Made by a program: the position numbers and the translations under genes. Below are positions 1 to 13,269 of a stretch of DNA of 64,000 nt, one piece after another. This stretch comes from Chiloscyllium plagiosum. Taxonomy: Eukaryota. Below the pieces are notes generated by a model that saw only the letters and a list, made by a program, of their open reading frames with translations, was not told the origin of the DNA and did no database searches. How positions within the stretch are numbered: position 1 is the first letter of the stretch; every line of letters begins with the position of its first letter. Where the stretch lies: NCBI RefSeq assembly GCF_004010195.1, contig NC_057719.1, positions 62,196,796 through 62,260,795 on the forward strand, written 5' to 3'.

Positions 1-261
1 CCTCTCCGCCCCCACCCCAGTCTGACCTATCACCCCCCCCTTGACCTCCCTCCACCTATCGCATTTCCGATGCCCCTCCCTCAAGTCCCTCCTCCCTACC
101 TTTTATCTTAGCCTGCTGGACACACTTTCCTCATTCCTGAAGAAGGGCTTATGCCTGAAACGTCGATTCTCCTGTTCCTTGGATGCTGCCTGACCTGCTG
201 CGCTTTTCCAGCAACACACTTTCAGTTTTGATATCCAGCATCTGCAGCCCTCACTTTCTCC
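1..261 (+). mobile_element. Penelope-like element family A 3' end/pLTR (C-rich tract, hammerhead-like motif, conserved tail); continues past the window edge
   Basis: CTGAAGA(137-143)-A-GGGC-TTAT-GCCT-GAAA(157-160)-CGTC, then the tail ending CAGCATCTGCAGCCCTCACTTTCTCC. The same tail follows GIY-YIG-like coding sequence at 10370-10770 and 47948-48515. Confidence 0.8.
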
Positions 262-1945
262 ACATTCCTGAAGGAGGTGTGTGACAGTCTTGTTCCCCCC
301 CACAGCCACTTCAAGGGCAGTGTGCGGTGTGGCTGAGAGTCCGGGCGTGCATAAAGGATCTCACAGGCAGAGCCCTTCTCACCACCAGCCAAGCCACGTC
401 TTGGTGCTTGTTGGAAAGTTCTGTCGATGAGGCATTCTGCCAAATGGCTTTGACAGTCTGCTCAGGGAACTGCTCGATAGGATCCGCCCTCTCCTTTTCC
501 CTAAGGGTCTCGAGGACACTACGTGCTGACCACTTCCTGATGGACTTGTGGTCAAAGGTGTTTTTCTTCATAAACTTCTCCATGAAGGACAGGTGATACG
601 GAATGGTCCAACTACTCGGAGCATTCCCCGGCAGCGAGGCCAGGCCCATCCTTTGCAACACCGGGGACAGGTAGAACCTCAGTACGTAGTGACACTTGGT
701 GTTTGCGTACCGGGGATCCACGCACAGCTTGATGCAGCCACACGCAAAAGTGGCCATCAGGGTGAGGGTGGCATTGGGTGTATTTTTTCCCCCGTTACCC
801 AGATCTTTATACAGCGAGTCCCTTCGGACCCGATCCATCTTTGACCTCCATATAAATTGGAAGATGGCCCGGGTGACTGCAGCGACACTGGTTCTAGGAA
901 TAGGCCAGACCTGTGCCATGGACAGTAGCAATGACAGTGCCTCACACCTGATGACCAGGTTTTTTCCGGCGATGGAGAGCGACCGTAGCTTCCATCTGCC
1001 CAGTTTCTGCCTCACTTTGCTGATACGGTCCTCCCAAGACTCGGCGCACACCCCAGCCCCCCCAAACCAAATACCCAGAACCTTCAGGTGGTCGGTCCTG
1101 ACGGTGAAGGGGATGGTCAGGCAGTTCCCGAAGAGCATGGCCTCGCTCTTGCCTTGGTTTACTTGGCCCCCGACGCCCGTTCGAACTGGTCACATATGCA
1201 CGAGTCTGCGCACGGACAGCGGATCCGAGCAGAAAACGGCGACATCATCCATGTACAGGGAGGCCTTAACCTGCAGGCCCCCGCTGCTAGGAATAGTCAT
1301 CCCTCTCAGGCTCACATCCTTCCCGATGGACTCGGCAAATGGCTCTATGCAGCACACAAACAAGGCAGGAGAGAGAGGGCAGCCCTGCCTGACTCCAGAT
1401 CTGACTGGAAAGCTATCTGATTCCCACCCATTGATTGAGACTGCACTGACAATGTTGGTGTAGAGCAGTCTGATCCAATTGATTCCCTCCCCAAAGCCCA
1501 TTTTGGAGAGAACATCTCTCATATATCTGTGTGATATCCTGTCAAAGGCTTTCTCCTGGTCCAGGCTGATCAGGCAGGTATCCAACCCTCTGTCCTGCAC
1601 GTAGGCGATCGTATCCCTGAGGAGCGTGAGACTCTCAGCGATCTTCCTGCCCCGTACAGCAGAGGTTTGGTCAGGGTGAATCACCGACCCCAGAGCAGAC
1701 CTGACCCGGTTGGCGATTACCTTTGACAGAATTTTGTAATCCGCATTCAACAGTGAGATTGGTCTCCAATTTCTGAGTTCCTCCCTCTTCCCCCTTCTGC
1801 TTGTAGATGAGGGTGATGATGCCTTTCCTCATGGATTCACTCATGGTACCTGCCCGAAGCATACTGACATACACCTCCAGCAGGTCCTGGCCAATCAAGT
1901 CCCACAGAACGGAGTAGAGCTCGACTGGTAAGCCGTCGCTTCCAG
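262..1945 (-). mobile_element. Truncated, frameshifted Tx1-clade (L1-like) non-LTR retrotransposon ORF2: reverse transcriptase plus C-terminal zinc-finger region
   Basis: Motifs spread over several frames: GSDGLP, NADYKILSKVIANR, SLDQEKAFDR, GVRQGCPLSP, YMDD (1244-1255), LGIWFG, and CP*SGCGG...HLLQEC at the 3' end. It abuts the PLE tail at 261. Confidence 0.9.
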
Positions 1946-2140
1946 CTGGCCCAGTGATTGTTGCCTATCCACAGTTGCCCATGAGGAGGTGGTGAGCTGT
2001 ATCCTTCAACTGCTGTCGTCCATTTGGTATTGGTGTCCCCATAATACTATTAGGGGGAGGGTATTTCAGAACCTGACCGAGTGGCACTCGCGGAACAGTG
2101 TTGTATTTCTAAAATTCAGAATGATGAGCTTTTCGATGCA
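1946..2140 (-). mobile_element. Old LINE 3' tail fragment (CR1/L2-like family sharing its tail with the Deu-like SINEs)
   Basis: Similar to 3455-3900, 34050-34400, 49780-49990 and 53790-53880 (ttgccc..gagaaggtggtg..gagctgc motif). Confidence 0.5.
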
Positions 2141-3454
2141 GCTGTGTGCGTTTCCTTTTCAGATAACTTTGCCCCACATATTTCAGCATACATTTGAATG
2201 AGCATTTACAAGTTCTCATTCTTGTAAATGATGTGCAAGTTTTTTTGCTTGAGCTGGCATTGCTTGCAGTCAATTTGTTCATATTACACGAAATGGGAAA
2301 AGTATTTCACAAATTTTTTTTCAAGGCAATTTCAGCTGTGGCTGAACGCGGTATTTCACAATCTGATGGTAAACTCAGAAATCTATCTATTATCAATACT
2401 TTGATAATGAACATTAAATAATGTGAGCAAAACTGAGATGGGGAGATTGGTACTGACACAAGTTACATTATCATAATATGTGTGATGTTGAATTAAAACG
2501 AAGAGAGTTTCATGTTAACTAGCACATTTTTGTGATCTGTGGACATCTGAAAACACTTCACAACGAATAAAGTACCTTTTGAAAAGTTTTTAATGGGTCG
2601 CATTTGCTCGGTGTGAAGACTGCAATTACATTGACCAAACTGAACTGATTTGTATTAAAACAAAAGTGATGGAAATCACAGGCTTCCTGTTATGTGTCTC
2701 CTCAGATAGATTTGTTGAGAGTTGAGATTAATTCTTTGGGGGTCAGTTAACTCTCAATGATGCCAGTGCTGTGCGTTCAATCTCCTTACTGGCTGTGGAG
2801 ATTCATTAGGGCCTCATTTCCTTGCTTTACTATGCTCCAGTACTTAACAATGCTCCAGTCCTCCAGTACTTAACAACAGTGTCATTTTGAGAGTCTGAGG
2901 TTGAAGTAACTGCTCAGCATGTGTTGAATAAACAGGTAAAGTCAGCCTTAGTCTCAGAGGGCCATAAGGCTACTCTCTCATTAGGTAGTGATGACTGGTA
3001 AATTTAAACTGAGGGTCATCACAGACAAGAGAATTTCATTTTGAATCAGTTGACACAATTCAGGCTCAAAAACACGGCTGTTGTGGTTGAAGCATAGTGA
3101 GGGTAGATTAAAACTGGGAGGCAGCTATGTCGTAAACACAAAGAAATCATACACTTCACATCGTGAGGGGCTGTATACAAAGATTGTACATTGTCAGTTG
3201 AGCGAATTGTACAACTAGTCATAAGTTTATTGCCTGTTAGACAACATCACGTGGTTGCCTCTGGTATTTTTTGATTTTTCCTTCCTTATTCCCTCCGATT
3301 TTTATCTGTGGGGTTTGTCATTCCATTCACTTAGAATGGCTTTCAGCTGAGGTAAGAAGGTCCCACTCTTCTCAATTCTCTTTGTTCCTTTCTCCAGGTT
3401 TGTACCTGATTCTGTCCTTTCCATTTACTTGCAGCCAGCATTTGAGCTCACTCT

Positions 3455-3900
3455 ACTATTTTCTTATATTCGCTCATGGGATGTGGCCATCACTGGCTGG
3501 GCAAAGATTTATTGCCCATACCCTGGTTGCCCTTGAGAAGGTGGTGATGAGCTGCTGCCTTGAACCACAGCAGTACAATTTGGTGTTGGTTTACCCACAA
3601 TGCCATTGGGGACGCAGTTCAAGGACTTTTGACTGAGCGACCCCGAAGGCGCAAGATGTTTCAAAGTCAGGATGGTGTGTGGCTTGGAGGGAAGCTTGCA
3701 GTTTGCAGTGTTCCCATGTATTTGCTACCCGTGACCTTCCAGATGATAGTCATCAGAGGTTTGGAAGGTGCTGTTGAAGAGTCTTGGTGAATTTCTGCAT
3801 CTTGGAGATGGTACGCATTGATGCTACTGAGCAGCAGTGATGGAGGGAGTAGATGCTTGTGGATGCGGTGCCGTGTTTGGATAGTGTCAAGCGTCTTGAG
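3455..3900 (-). mobile_element. Old LINE 3' fragment (CR1/L2-like)
   Basis: Recurring motif atttattgcccat...gcccttgagaaggtggtg...ggcttggagggaagcttgca is seen in several places in the window. Confidence 0.55.
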
Positions 3901-4540
3901 TGTTTATTTTGATATCTGCAACAATGCCCACTTAGCTGCATCCCTGCCTCAGCAGCTCTGACTGCTGGAACCACTATTCACTGCTTTTACCATTGTTCGT
4001 CTGTTTACACCATTGCTGTTCTTGTTGTATTTGTCTCCATCACACTGTCCAAACTGCATCCTATTGAAGATGCACAAGGACATGTGATAGCAGGAGTAAG
4101 CTACCTTGACCCCTCAAGCCTGCTGTGCTGTTCAAAAAGATTACGGTTGATCAAAATACTCTACTTTCCTGCTATATCCAATAACGTTTAACCCCTTGCT
4201 TCTCAAGAATCTATCCATTTTTGCCTTGAAAATTTTCAAGTATATTTTGTTTCAAGTATTCTGCAAATCTTTGGCACGCACTTCCTCAAAGGCTGGTGGA
4301 AACAGAAAATAAACTATGAATGTCTCATTTAGGCTACCTTTGCCTATCTCATTGGTCCAGTCTGTACATAGATTAGCACCTGATATGTATATCACTGAAA
4401 TTCACTGACTAGCTCCCATTATTTTTTGTATCGTCCATCATACTATATGATTACAGTACTTTTACACTATTTCTAAAAGTGACTTCAATTTATTATTTCT
4501 CATCTCTACCCAAATTACTTGTAGATCCTTGTTTCCTGTG

Positions 4541-5065
4541 GAGTCATAGTTATAGAATCATAGAGATGTACAGCACGGAAGCAGACCTTTTGTTCCAACT
4601 CGTCCATGCCAACCAGATATCCCAATCCAATCTAGTCCCACCTGCCAGCACTCGGCCTGTATCCCTCTAAACCCTCCCTATTCATATACCCATCCAGATG
4701 CCTCTTAAATGTTGCAATTGGACTAGCCTCCACCACTTCCTCTGGCAGCGCATTCCACACACGCACCACCCTCTGCGTGAAAACGTTGCCCCTTAGGTCT
4801 CTTTTATATCTTTCCACACTCATCCTAAACCTATGCCCTCGAGTTCTGGAGTCCCCCATCCTCAGGGCAAAAAACCTTGTCTATTTACCCTATCCACGTT
4901 CCTCATGATTTTATAAACCACTATAAGGTCACCCCTCAGCCTCCGATGCTCCAGGGAATAAAGTTCCAGCCTATTCAACCTCTCCCAATAACACTCATCC
5001 TCCAACCTTGGCAACATCCTTGCAAATCTTTTTTGAACCCTTTCAGGTTTCACAATATCCTTCCC
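4541..5065 (-). mobile_element. 5'-truncated CR1 LINE (HER1-like): ORF2 C-terminus and 3' UTR
   Basis: ERVQKRFARMLP...RRLRGDLI..YKIM and RTRGH...FTQRVVRVWNALPEEVV; 8-nt-type terminal repeats. Confidence 0.9.
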
Positions 5066-5559
5066 TTGGGTCTTTTCTCCCCCCTCCCCACCCCCCCCCC
5101 CATTGTAGTAATACCATAATTAATTAACAGAGCCCCTCCCAATCTTTTCTGAGTTTCTGTCCATCTTAAATGTCCTTTAGTATTCAGGTCATAATCTGTC
5201 ATCCCGCAGTTATGTCTTATTAATGGCTATCAGATTGTGCTTAGTTATTCTATTTGTGTGATGAGTTCATGTGTTTGATTTTGAATGCAGCCCTCATTCA
5301 GATACAGAGAAAATTTGTCCTATTTTTATAATCTCTAGCCTCATTGGTTGATTAACTCTTGGATTTATACTCCCTATCCTTTCCTGTCATGGTGTTTATA
5401 ATTTCCCATGCTCATACCTTTCTCTCTTGTCATGCCTTGCTTCTACCCTTTCATTTATATCTTCTTTAGAAATTTGATCCCTTGGGTCCACTATTTAGAT
5501 GAAAGCCCTCACTCCTTCCTTAGTTATCTGCCTCATAAGAGCAGTGGTTTCCGCATGGT

Positions 5560-6420
5560 TCAGGTATCAACCAGTCCAGCAGTGCAGCCCCAACTTTCCC
5601 CAGTACTGGGGCCTGTGCATATAAACTGGAACCAACTTCACCACACTAGTCTTTAAGCCCTGTACTTGTATCTCTAATCTTATTTGCCCTTTGTCAGTTT
5701 TCAGGTGGCTCAGATAATAATCCAGCGAGTATTGCCTTTTGAGATTGTGCTTCTTTATAGTCATGCCTAGTTCTTCGTATTGTGTATGCAGAACCGCTTT
5801 TTACTAGTTTTACATCTATCATTCGTACTTCCACTGGACCACAGTGCCTGGACTCTCTCCCCTCCTCTAAATTCCCCGCTAGCCTTGAGAACTTGCCCTG
5901 TGCCCCAGCATGTAACATAGCTTTATGCACCATCACTCTTGGCTGCAGAGCACAGTGTCAAACTCTGACTCTATAGTTTTGCTTACAACCACCGTATCAC
6001 ATTTTGCTTGCCCCACTTGAATGGCTATCTGTTCCAGAAAGCCATGGTCTGTTAGCTCAACTCCCTGAAGCTCCCTCTCTCATCCAGACAAAGAGAAAGC
6101 ACCTCCCATGTGTTGGACAACTGCAAACAATGAGCCTCCTGCCCCCCACCCCGAGCTTCCATTACTGCCTCACTTGTAGTCACACCCTTCTCTCTTTGAC
6201 CACTGACCAAATCTGAGGACCCTTTCTTTGAGGTGTGACCACCTCCTGGAGTAAAAGTTGTCCAGGTAATTTTTCCCACCTTCTTGATATATGACAGTGT
6301 CTACAGATTGGCCTCCAGCTCATAAACACTGAGCAGGGGCTGATCAAGCCACAGCCATGTTCTGTGGACGTGTTTGTTCTGTATCCCACATCTTACAGTT
6401 GTCACACCACGCCTACCCTG
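5560..6420 (-). mobile_element. Degraded older CR1 LINE 5' part (ORF1-like), not an intact gene
   Basis: Fragmented minus-strand frames resemble a CR1 ORF1 (Cys-rich N-terminus, LQLSN..EVL); multiple stops and frameshifts. Recognised by eye only. Confidence 0.4.
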
Positions 6421-6931
6421 CCATCTTTATTGTATCTTAATTACACAATTACTGATATGATTGATTAAATTAATCTCTTCTCACTACCACTTGCTATACT
6501 ATCTTAAATCTTAGAATCAAATAGACTCTATCACTTAGAAATAAGATAATAAAGTTAACAGTTTGCTTTCTGCTAGATATCTCTTAATAATTATAAACAG
6601 AGTAATTACAGATTAGTTAAAACACTTTGACTTTTGTCGTGGACACAATCAGTAATTCAGCTTCTCACAATTTTGCTGTCATGTTACTGTCTTTTGTTTC
6701 TAATCTGGTTTATTTGTCTTCTTTGCCACCTTGTGCATCTTTCATAGGTCTAGCTGTGTTTGATCATCACCAGTCAATTATCTTACTATGATCCCACTGT
6801 TCAGTACTACTTTCAAAGGGCCTGACCTGGGGTGGTCCTCTCAGCTGCTCTTCGAGGTGGTGCTGCTGCCTGCCTGAATTGGGCGCCTTCTTTGCTCGCT
6901 ACTCTGTGTTGCTGACTGCTCGTCTTGGGGA

Positions 6932-7125
6932 AAGTGAGGACTGCAGATGTTCGAGATCAGAGTCAAAAAGTGTGGCGCTGGAAAAGCACAGCGTATCTCA
7001 CAGCCCCTTGGATTCCACCCCCCCACCACCGCCGCCAAAAGAGCTTATGCTCAAAACATTGACTCTCCTGCTCTTTGGATGCTGCCTGACCAACTGTGCT
7101 TTTCCAGCACCACGCTTTTTGACTT
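6932..7125. mobile_element. Palindromic PLE family A insertion
   Basis: Inverted arms around a C-rich spacer; TSD TGCTC(G/A)TCTTGGGGA at 6917-6931 and 7126-7140 (15 bp, 1 mismatch). Confidence 0.8.
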
Positions 7126-7914
7126 TGCTCATCTTGGGGACCTCGCCTTGCCCACTTCACTGCTTTTATATGGATCCTCCTCTTGTCCCTTCCCCTCAGA
7201 TGCTGCTGTGCTGTTCATTTTACTGTATCAGAAGGATTTGAGAACATAATTCTTTTTTCTTGTAGCACTCTCTCAACATGGTTACACCTTTGTTTACCCA
7301 CTTGCACCCCAGCATTCGTAGAATGATAGCAACAGAGGAGGCGGCCCGTTATGTTTCGGTCAGCTCATGGCATAAGCAATCCAGATAGTTTTACTATACC
7401 ATTCTTGCCCTATGACCTTGCCCATTTTCAGATAAATTATCAGTTCTCTTTGAAAAGCTTTGACTGTCTCCACTGCACTCTCAGCACATTGCAGCACCCA
7501 ACCACTTGATGCCTCAAAACGATTTATCTGTTATGTAACCTGTCCATTCCCTCCAATGTTTGCAGTATTTTTATCCAGTCTCCTTTCAGCCTTCTCTAAG
7601 GAGAATAGCATCATTTCCAATGTACGCAAATTTCCGAAAACCCGCATTCCTGGAATCATTTTCCGAAATCTGTTCTGCATCCCTGTCAAAAGCATTCAAT
7701 TCTTTCTTAAAAGTGTCGAGTGAAGAATTGGTCAGAATACTCCAGAGGAGGCCGAGGCAGTGTTTTATTGGGTTTCTTTGTAATTTCCTTGATGTTGTAC
7801 TCTGCCTCTATTAATCAAGCCCTGGATCCTCTATGCTTTTTTTAAAAAAAAAACTGTTTTCGATCTCTGTTGACACTTGTAATGAGTTATATGTATGCCT
7901 CCAGCTCCCCCCTG

Positions 7915-8149
7915 CTCCTGCACCTTTTTAGAAATTTTTTTTTAAACTTCATGTTGCCTGCCTTTGTTTTTTCTCCCAAAATGTTCTCTGGCTTTCATTG
8001 TTCTGTCTCTCCCTATCATGAGAATTAATCTCCTGCACCTTTTTAGAAATTTTTTTTTAAACTTCATGTTGCCTGCCTTTTGTTTTTTCTCCCAAAATGT
8101 TCTCTGGCTTTCATTGTTCTGTCTCTCCCCATCATGAGAATTAATCTCC
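7915..8149. repeat. Near-perfect tandem duplication of a 115/116-bp unit
   Basis: Units start at 7915 and 8030 (CTCCTGCACC...); they differ by homopolymer length and one substitution; CTCC occurs at all junctions. Confidence 0.95.
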
Positions 8150-8323
8150 AGTGAACCGGAGGCAGCTGCTTTCGAGGCAGATGCTTTGCAGTTCCTGGTC
8201 ACTCTTCCGTTCCAATTGATTGAGCATGGGTGCATCCTGACCTCACGGATATTGGCTGTCCCCAAGTGATTCATTTTTACTCTGGATTACTCTTGTTTCT
8301 AAAACATAATTACTGCCCCATAA

Positions 8324-8541
8324 CTGCGTGGGTTTCCTCCGGCTGCTCTCCGTTTCCTCCCACAGTCCAAAGATGTGCAGGTCAGGTGAATTGGCCATGC
8401 TAAATTGCCCATAGTGTTAAGTAAGGGGTAAGTGTAGGGGTATGGGTGGGTTGCGCTTCGGCGGGGCGGTGTGGACTTGTTGGGCCGAAGGGCCTGTTTC
8501 CACACTGTAAGTAATCTAATCTAATCTAATCTAAAAAAAAA
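8324..8541 (+). mobile_element. HE1-like V-SINE, 5'-truncated
   Basis: V-domain (TGCGTGGGTTTCCTCCGG...CTCCCACAGTCCAAAGATGTGC...GCTAAATTGCCC) and (TCTAA)n tail. Confidence 0.9.
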
Positions 8542-8751
8542 CTTGACCCACCTCACTCATCACTCATCAGAACCAGATCTAGCAATGCCCACTACCATGC
8601 TGATCCAGAAAGTATTCCTAAATACACTTGACAAACTCTCTTCCTTTCTGTCCTTTGCACTGTCAAGTCTATTCTTTAATAGGTTAATTGAAGCAAAGGA
8701 AATCCAACAAAGGTGGATAGTGATCTGTTTTAGTGAGAAGCACATAGATGC

Positions 8752-9350
8752 AGGAGGAGGAAATGGCCTAGTGGTATTATCACAAGAGTATTAATCTAGA
8801 AACTCAGCGCATGTTCTGGGGACTCTGGTTCAAATCCCGCTGTAGCATGTGGTGGGATTTTTTTAGATTAGATTACTTACAGTGTGGAAACAGGCCTTTC
8901 GGCCCAACAAGTCCACACTGACCCGCCGAAGCGTAACCCACCCATACCCCTACATTTACCCCTTTATCTAACACCAAGGGCAATTTAGCATGGCCAATTC
9001 CCACCTGAATTGCACATCTTTGGACTGTGGGAGGAAACCGGAGCACCTGGAGGAAACCCACGCAGACACGGGGAGAACGTGCAAACTCCACACAGTCAGT
9101 TGCCTGAGGCGGGAATTGAACCCGCGTCTCTGGCGCTGAGAGGCAGCAGTGCTAACCACTGTACCACCGTGCCACCCATGAAATGAATGAAAAATTTGGA
9201 GTCAAGGGTCTAATCATGACCATGAAACCATTGTCGGAAAAACCGATCTGGTTCACTAATGTTCTTCAGCGATGGAAATCTGTTATCCTTACCTGGTCTG
9301 GCCTACATGTGACTGCTAGATGCGCCCTCATCCCGTGAATGAATACAAAT
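8752..9350 (+). mobile_element. SacSINE1/Deu-domain-like tRNA-derived SINE interrupted by an HE1 copy
   Basis: A-box TGGCCTAGTGG and B-box GGTTCAAATCC; downstream ATCTGGTTCACTAATG...CCTTACCTGGTCTGGCCTACATGTGACT resumes after 9177. Confidence 0.65.
8858..9177 (-). mobile_element. Full-length HE1-like V-SINE
   Basis: tRNA-derived head (GGTGGCACGGTGG..CAGTGGTTAGCACTGCTGCCTC...GGGTTCAATTCCC), V-domain and (TCTAA)n tail. Confidence 0.9.
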
Positions 9351-9539
9351 AAAAATTGCAATATTCTTAAAAGCCACTGTGCAATTTTTGACTTGTCATT
9401 AATTTGCTTGACTGTTTATTCCCATTTGGTTTCCCACCAGTTAGTAACCTGCCATAGAGATGTACAGCATGGAAACTGACCCTTCAGTCCAACCCGTCCA
9501 TAACTGCAGTAATACCTCTCTTGTCTCAAACTAAAGAGG

Positions 9540-10280
9540 TTTTGTTATTGTCAGCCGAACAAATTTATTCGAATTCTCTTGAGGTAGCAAGCAGCCTAGA
9601 TAAAAGGGAAGCAATGGTTGTAATGTATTTGGATTTTCAGAAGGTGTTTGATATGGTCCTACACATTAGGCTACTTAATAAGATATGTACCCAACAGTGT
9701 TGGAAGTAGTAGATTAACTATGTCGGTAACTAATAGAATATGAATTAACAGAAAGTCAGAGTTGGGATAAGGGGGGTACTTTTAGAATTGAAACCTGGAA
9801 TTAATGGTGTGCCGCAGGGATATATTGTAATGCCTTGAATGAGTAAAGTAAATGTGCTCACGTTGTGGATTATACCAAATAGATGGGAAAACAAGTGGTT
9901 AGAGGTCTGTGGGGAGAGATATTGAAAGTTAGGTGAGTGGGCAAAAACTTGGTAGGTGAAATATGATGTGAGGAAATGTGAGGTTCTGCATTTTGGGAGG
10001 AAGAATAGAGAAGCTGAATATTATTTAAATGGAGAAAGACTGCAGAAAGTTCCGAAATAGAGAGAATTGACAAAATCCTCTCAGAAGGTGATGAATCTGT
10101 GAAATTCTTTACTGCAGAGGACTGTCGAGGTCTCTAAGTATATTCGAGGCTGACATTTCTTTTAAGCAGTCAAGGAATCGAGTTATAAGAAAAACCGGAA
10201 AGTGGAGTTAAGGATTATCAGATTAGCCTGATCTTATTGAATGATGAAGTGGACTTAATAGGCTGACTGACTTACTACTT
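9540..10280 (+). mobile_element. Old CR1 LINE RT and 3' fragments with deletions
   Basis: YLDFQKVFDMVLHIRLLNKI, HFGRKN and VVNLWNSL-like traces. Confidence 0.7.
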
Positions 10281-10369
10281 TTCTGATGTCTTGTGGATTC
10301 TCCGGGACATTCTATCTCCCTCTCCGGTGCAACAATAGTCTCCTGAATTAAATAGGCGAACTCCCGAAC

Positions 10370-10770
10370 CACCTGATGCCTCGAGGAAGAATGCCTCATC
10401 TTCCGTCTCAGGGCCTTCTAACCCCACGGCCTCAATGTGGATTTCACCAGTTTCCTCATTTCCCCTCCCCCACCTTATCTCCGATCCAAACTTCCAATTG
10501 GGCACAACCCTTGTGACCTGTCCATCTTCCTTCCCACCTATCCACTCCACCCTCCTCTCTGACGTATCAGCATCACCCCCACCTCCATCTGCTTAGCCCA
10601 CTCTCAGCTACCTCCCCTCCCCCAACTCCCCCCAGCCCAATCACCCTCCCAATTATCTCACCACCCTTGCAGCCCACAGCCTCATTCCTGGTGAAGGGCT
10701 TTTGCCCGAAACGTTAATTCTCCTGCTCCTCCGGTGTTGCCTGACCTGCTGTGCTTTTCTAGCACCACAC
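10370..10770 (+). mobile_element. PLE family A 3' fragment: GIY-YIG C-terminus plus pLTR
   Basis: Reads LEEECLIFRLRAF*PHGLNVDFTSFLI, then a C-rich tract, CTGGTGA-A-GGGC-TTTT-GCCC-GAAACGTT and the family tail. Confidence 0.85.
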
Positions 10771-13269
10771 ATTCATCCCTAATTAATAGGGCTACCTGTC
10801 CATCTTTCTTTCTTCACTGGCTTCCCTGAACATCTTGTATCCAGAAGTATTTAGCACCCAGTCCTGCTCATTTTTAAGTTAGGTCTCTGATATCACCAAA
10901 ACTTCATTTCCTGTGTGTTTATCTACACTTCCATTGATCAAACTTATTTGCCATGCTTCATATATTTGCAAATCTGATTTGGACATTGCTGCATTCCCTC
11001 TCTTGCTGACCTCGCGCTGTTTGCTATTCGAAGTTATCTGTTACTCCCTAATTTCTTTCTCAGTTGACATCTAGGTCCTATTTCCTCCTGCCCCGATGGA
11101 ATAAAACTGCCTGAGCAGCATCTGCAATGACCCAATAAAGATGATTGTCTTGTCTTATTAACTGCAAATTGTCTAGCTTGGACAGATGTCCATTCTCCCA
11201 AACTGGTCCTGCTGTCCCCAGCAATTTGAAGCCTACCCCCTCAGCACCATCCCTCTGGCCGTGTTTGCTACTGATTTATCTGCTCTGTTCTTCCGTTTCT
11301 ACGTTTGCTAGTGTGTAGTGTTGACTTACTCATTTCTTTGAGAGTTCCCTGAATCCTGCTGGCAAGACGTTCTTCTTTCATCAGTATTGATACCCCGTGT
11401 TAATTACGATTATCCTGAAGATTCCACTCGTGCTATTTTTCGTCAAGTCATGGTGAAATCTGTTTGACATTCAGTGGAGCATCAAACAGTGTGATGAATT
11501 TGTTAAATGCTGAAACTGTGACATGGATGTTGTTGGCTCTCTCAGCTGCATCTTCAGTTGTCCAAGTTTTGACTTTTCCTCTGCTTCCCTTGCATTCAAG
11601 CTGGAGGCTATTTAAGTGTCAGGGTGGTTGTAACAGTTCGCAGTGTCAAGTTTATGCTGCTAACGGTGGCTAATAATAACCTGCCTGTGGACAAAAAACG
11701 TCTGACCCTCTTAAGTGAAGTCCTGGATCATTAAGTTCATTAATATGTCTCTCTCTTGATACGATGTATTGCTCTGATTCATGTCCTTGGCAAAGTAGGG
11801 CATGTCTGAAACTTGCCTGGTGTCCCAGCAGATTCTAAACAATCATGGCCAAGACACAAGTTCCCACTTCATGTTGGAAAACAGAGTAAGTTTAATTTCC
11901 ATGAGTAATTGTGGTGAGTTTGTCCAGTGGCACACATGGCAATTAAAAGTTACTCAGTGAAATGAACAGTGATGCTTGGCTTGTGATGATACATAAACGC
12001 AGAGTCTGTCCACTTGGATGGAAAAGAAAGGAACACTTGCGTTTAAAAAGCACCAGTCACAACCTTACGGATGATTAAGTACATATTGTAATATTAGAAA
12101 AGTGCATTCAGCAATTTATTTTCCTGAAACCTGGCTTCACTTATAGAAGATCTGGAAATGCCAATTGCACTCAAGTCATGTGCATTTTAAGTAGGCCTAG
12201 TGCTGCAGTGAGTAAGTTTCCGGCCTCAGAGTTGGAGATTCAGGGGTCAAGTCCCACTCCTGGATTTGATGGCCAAGGAATGTGCATTCACAATACAGGC
12301 TGCGTAACAACATTTAAGTCGTTCCATCGGCCATGTAATAAAAAGAAATTAAAGCATCCACCACCACGATCCATGGTTTCAACAGGCTATGACACCACAT
12401 ACGTGTACAGGCTGGTATGGAGACTTGGACTTGGTGTGGATATTACAGTTCAGAAATGGAGCAGTGTCTCAACTTTAAACCCCAGTGACCATTTTAAAGC
12501 AAATTCATGACCACCAATTCTAGAGTTGTTTGTACGTTGTTCCTCATACTCCTACATTCATTTCTCATTATATTTCATACAGAAAATGGTATAACTTCAG
12601 GCTTCTAAATGTATATTTTATTTAATTTTCAAATTGTTAAGCACAGCAAACTGGTTAGATTGGATATTAACATTAGGAGGAACAGAAATGACTCTTGGGT
12701 TTAGCTGTAATTCACTAATTTTCTCAAAACACTAACAATCTCTTAGCTGTTCCCTCGTCAGAGACATTCTTCACTCTCTTCCCCAAATGATGCTCCATCA
12801 GCCCTTGAGTGATGTTTCTGCATAATCTTTTGCAATTCAGAGACTCGTCTGTCGTCTAAGCCCTGCGTTCCCAGATAGATACTTTCCCATCCAATGTCTG
12901 CTCTGTAGTTCCCATAGGCATTATTTGACCTTGAACTCCAGCCCTGACCTGGAAGGGAAGGGGTTACTCAGGCCTCTGAGACTGACCATGCCTTTTGAGG
13001 TGCTCTGTGCTGCTGACACTGCTGCTTTGAAGATGAGCCCCTGCCATGGCAGAACTTTTATTGAGTCCGCAGGAGGAATAATGCAGTGTTGTGGTTGAAA
13101 GCCTGCAGAAGGAGCAGGGAGCACAGGGTGGTGGGTTTCCTGGCCAACTCCTCCAAGTCCATGCGTTAAATAGACCCATGTTTGACTTTGAGTGCCGACA
13201 GATTATGAACAGCATGTAATAAGACCACATAATTTAAAATATGGATGAGCTGCCTTAGTATATTTGCTG

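Noticed and set aside
696..1463. 255-aa plus-strand ORF
   Set aside because: Antisense shadow of the Tx1 RT region; no recognisable motifs.
9100..9177. tRNA genes at A/B-box sequences (also ~12190-12260, 40900-40988 and 59025-59090)
   Set aside because: They are SINE heads or degenerate SINE-like pieces; I could not build a complete cloverleaf.
9455..9500. 45-bp CR1 3' terminus as a separate small element
   Set aside because: Most simply an extremely 5'-truncated CR1 copy; TSD not convincing.
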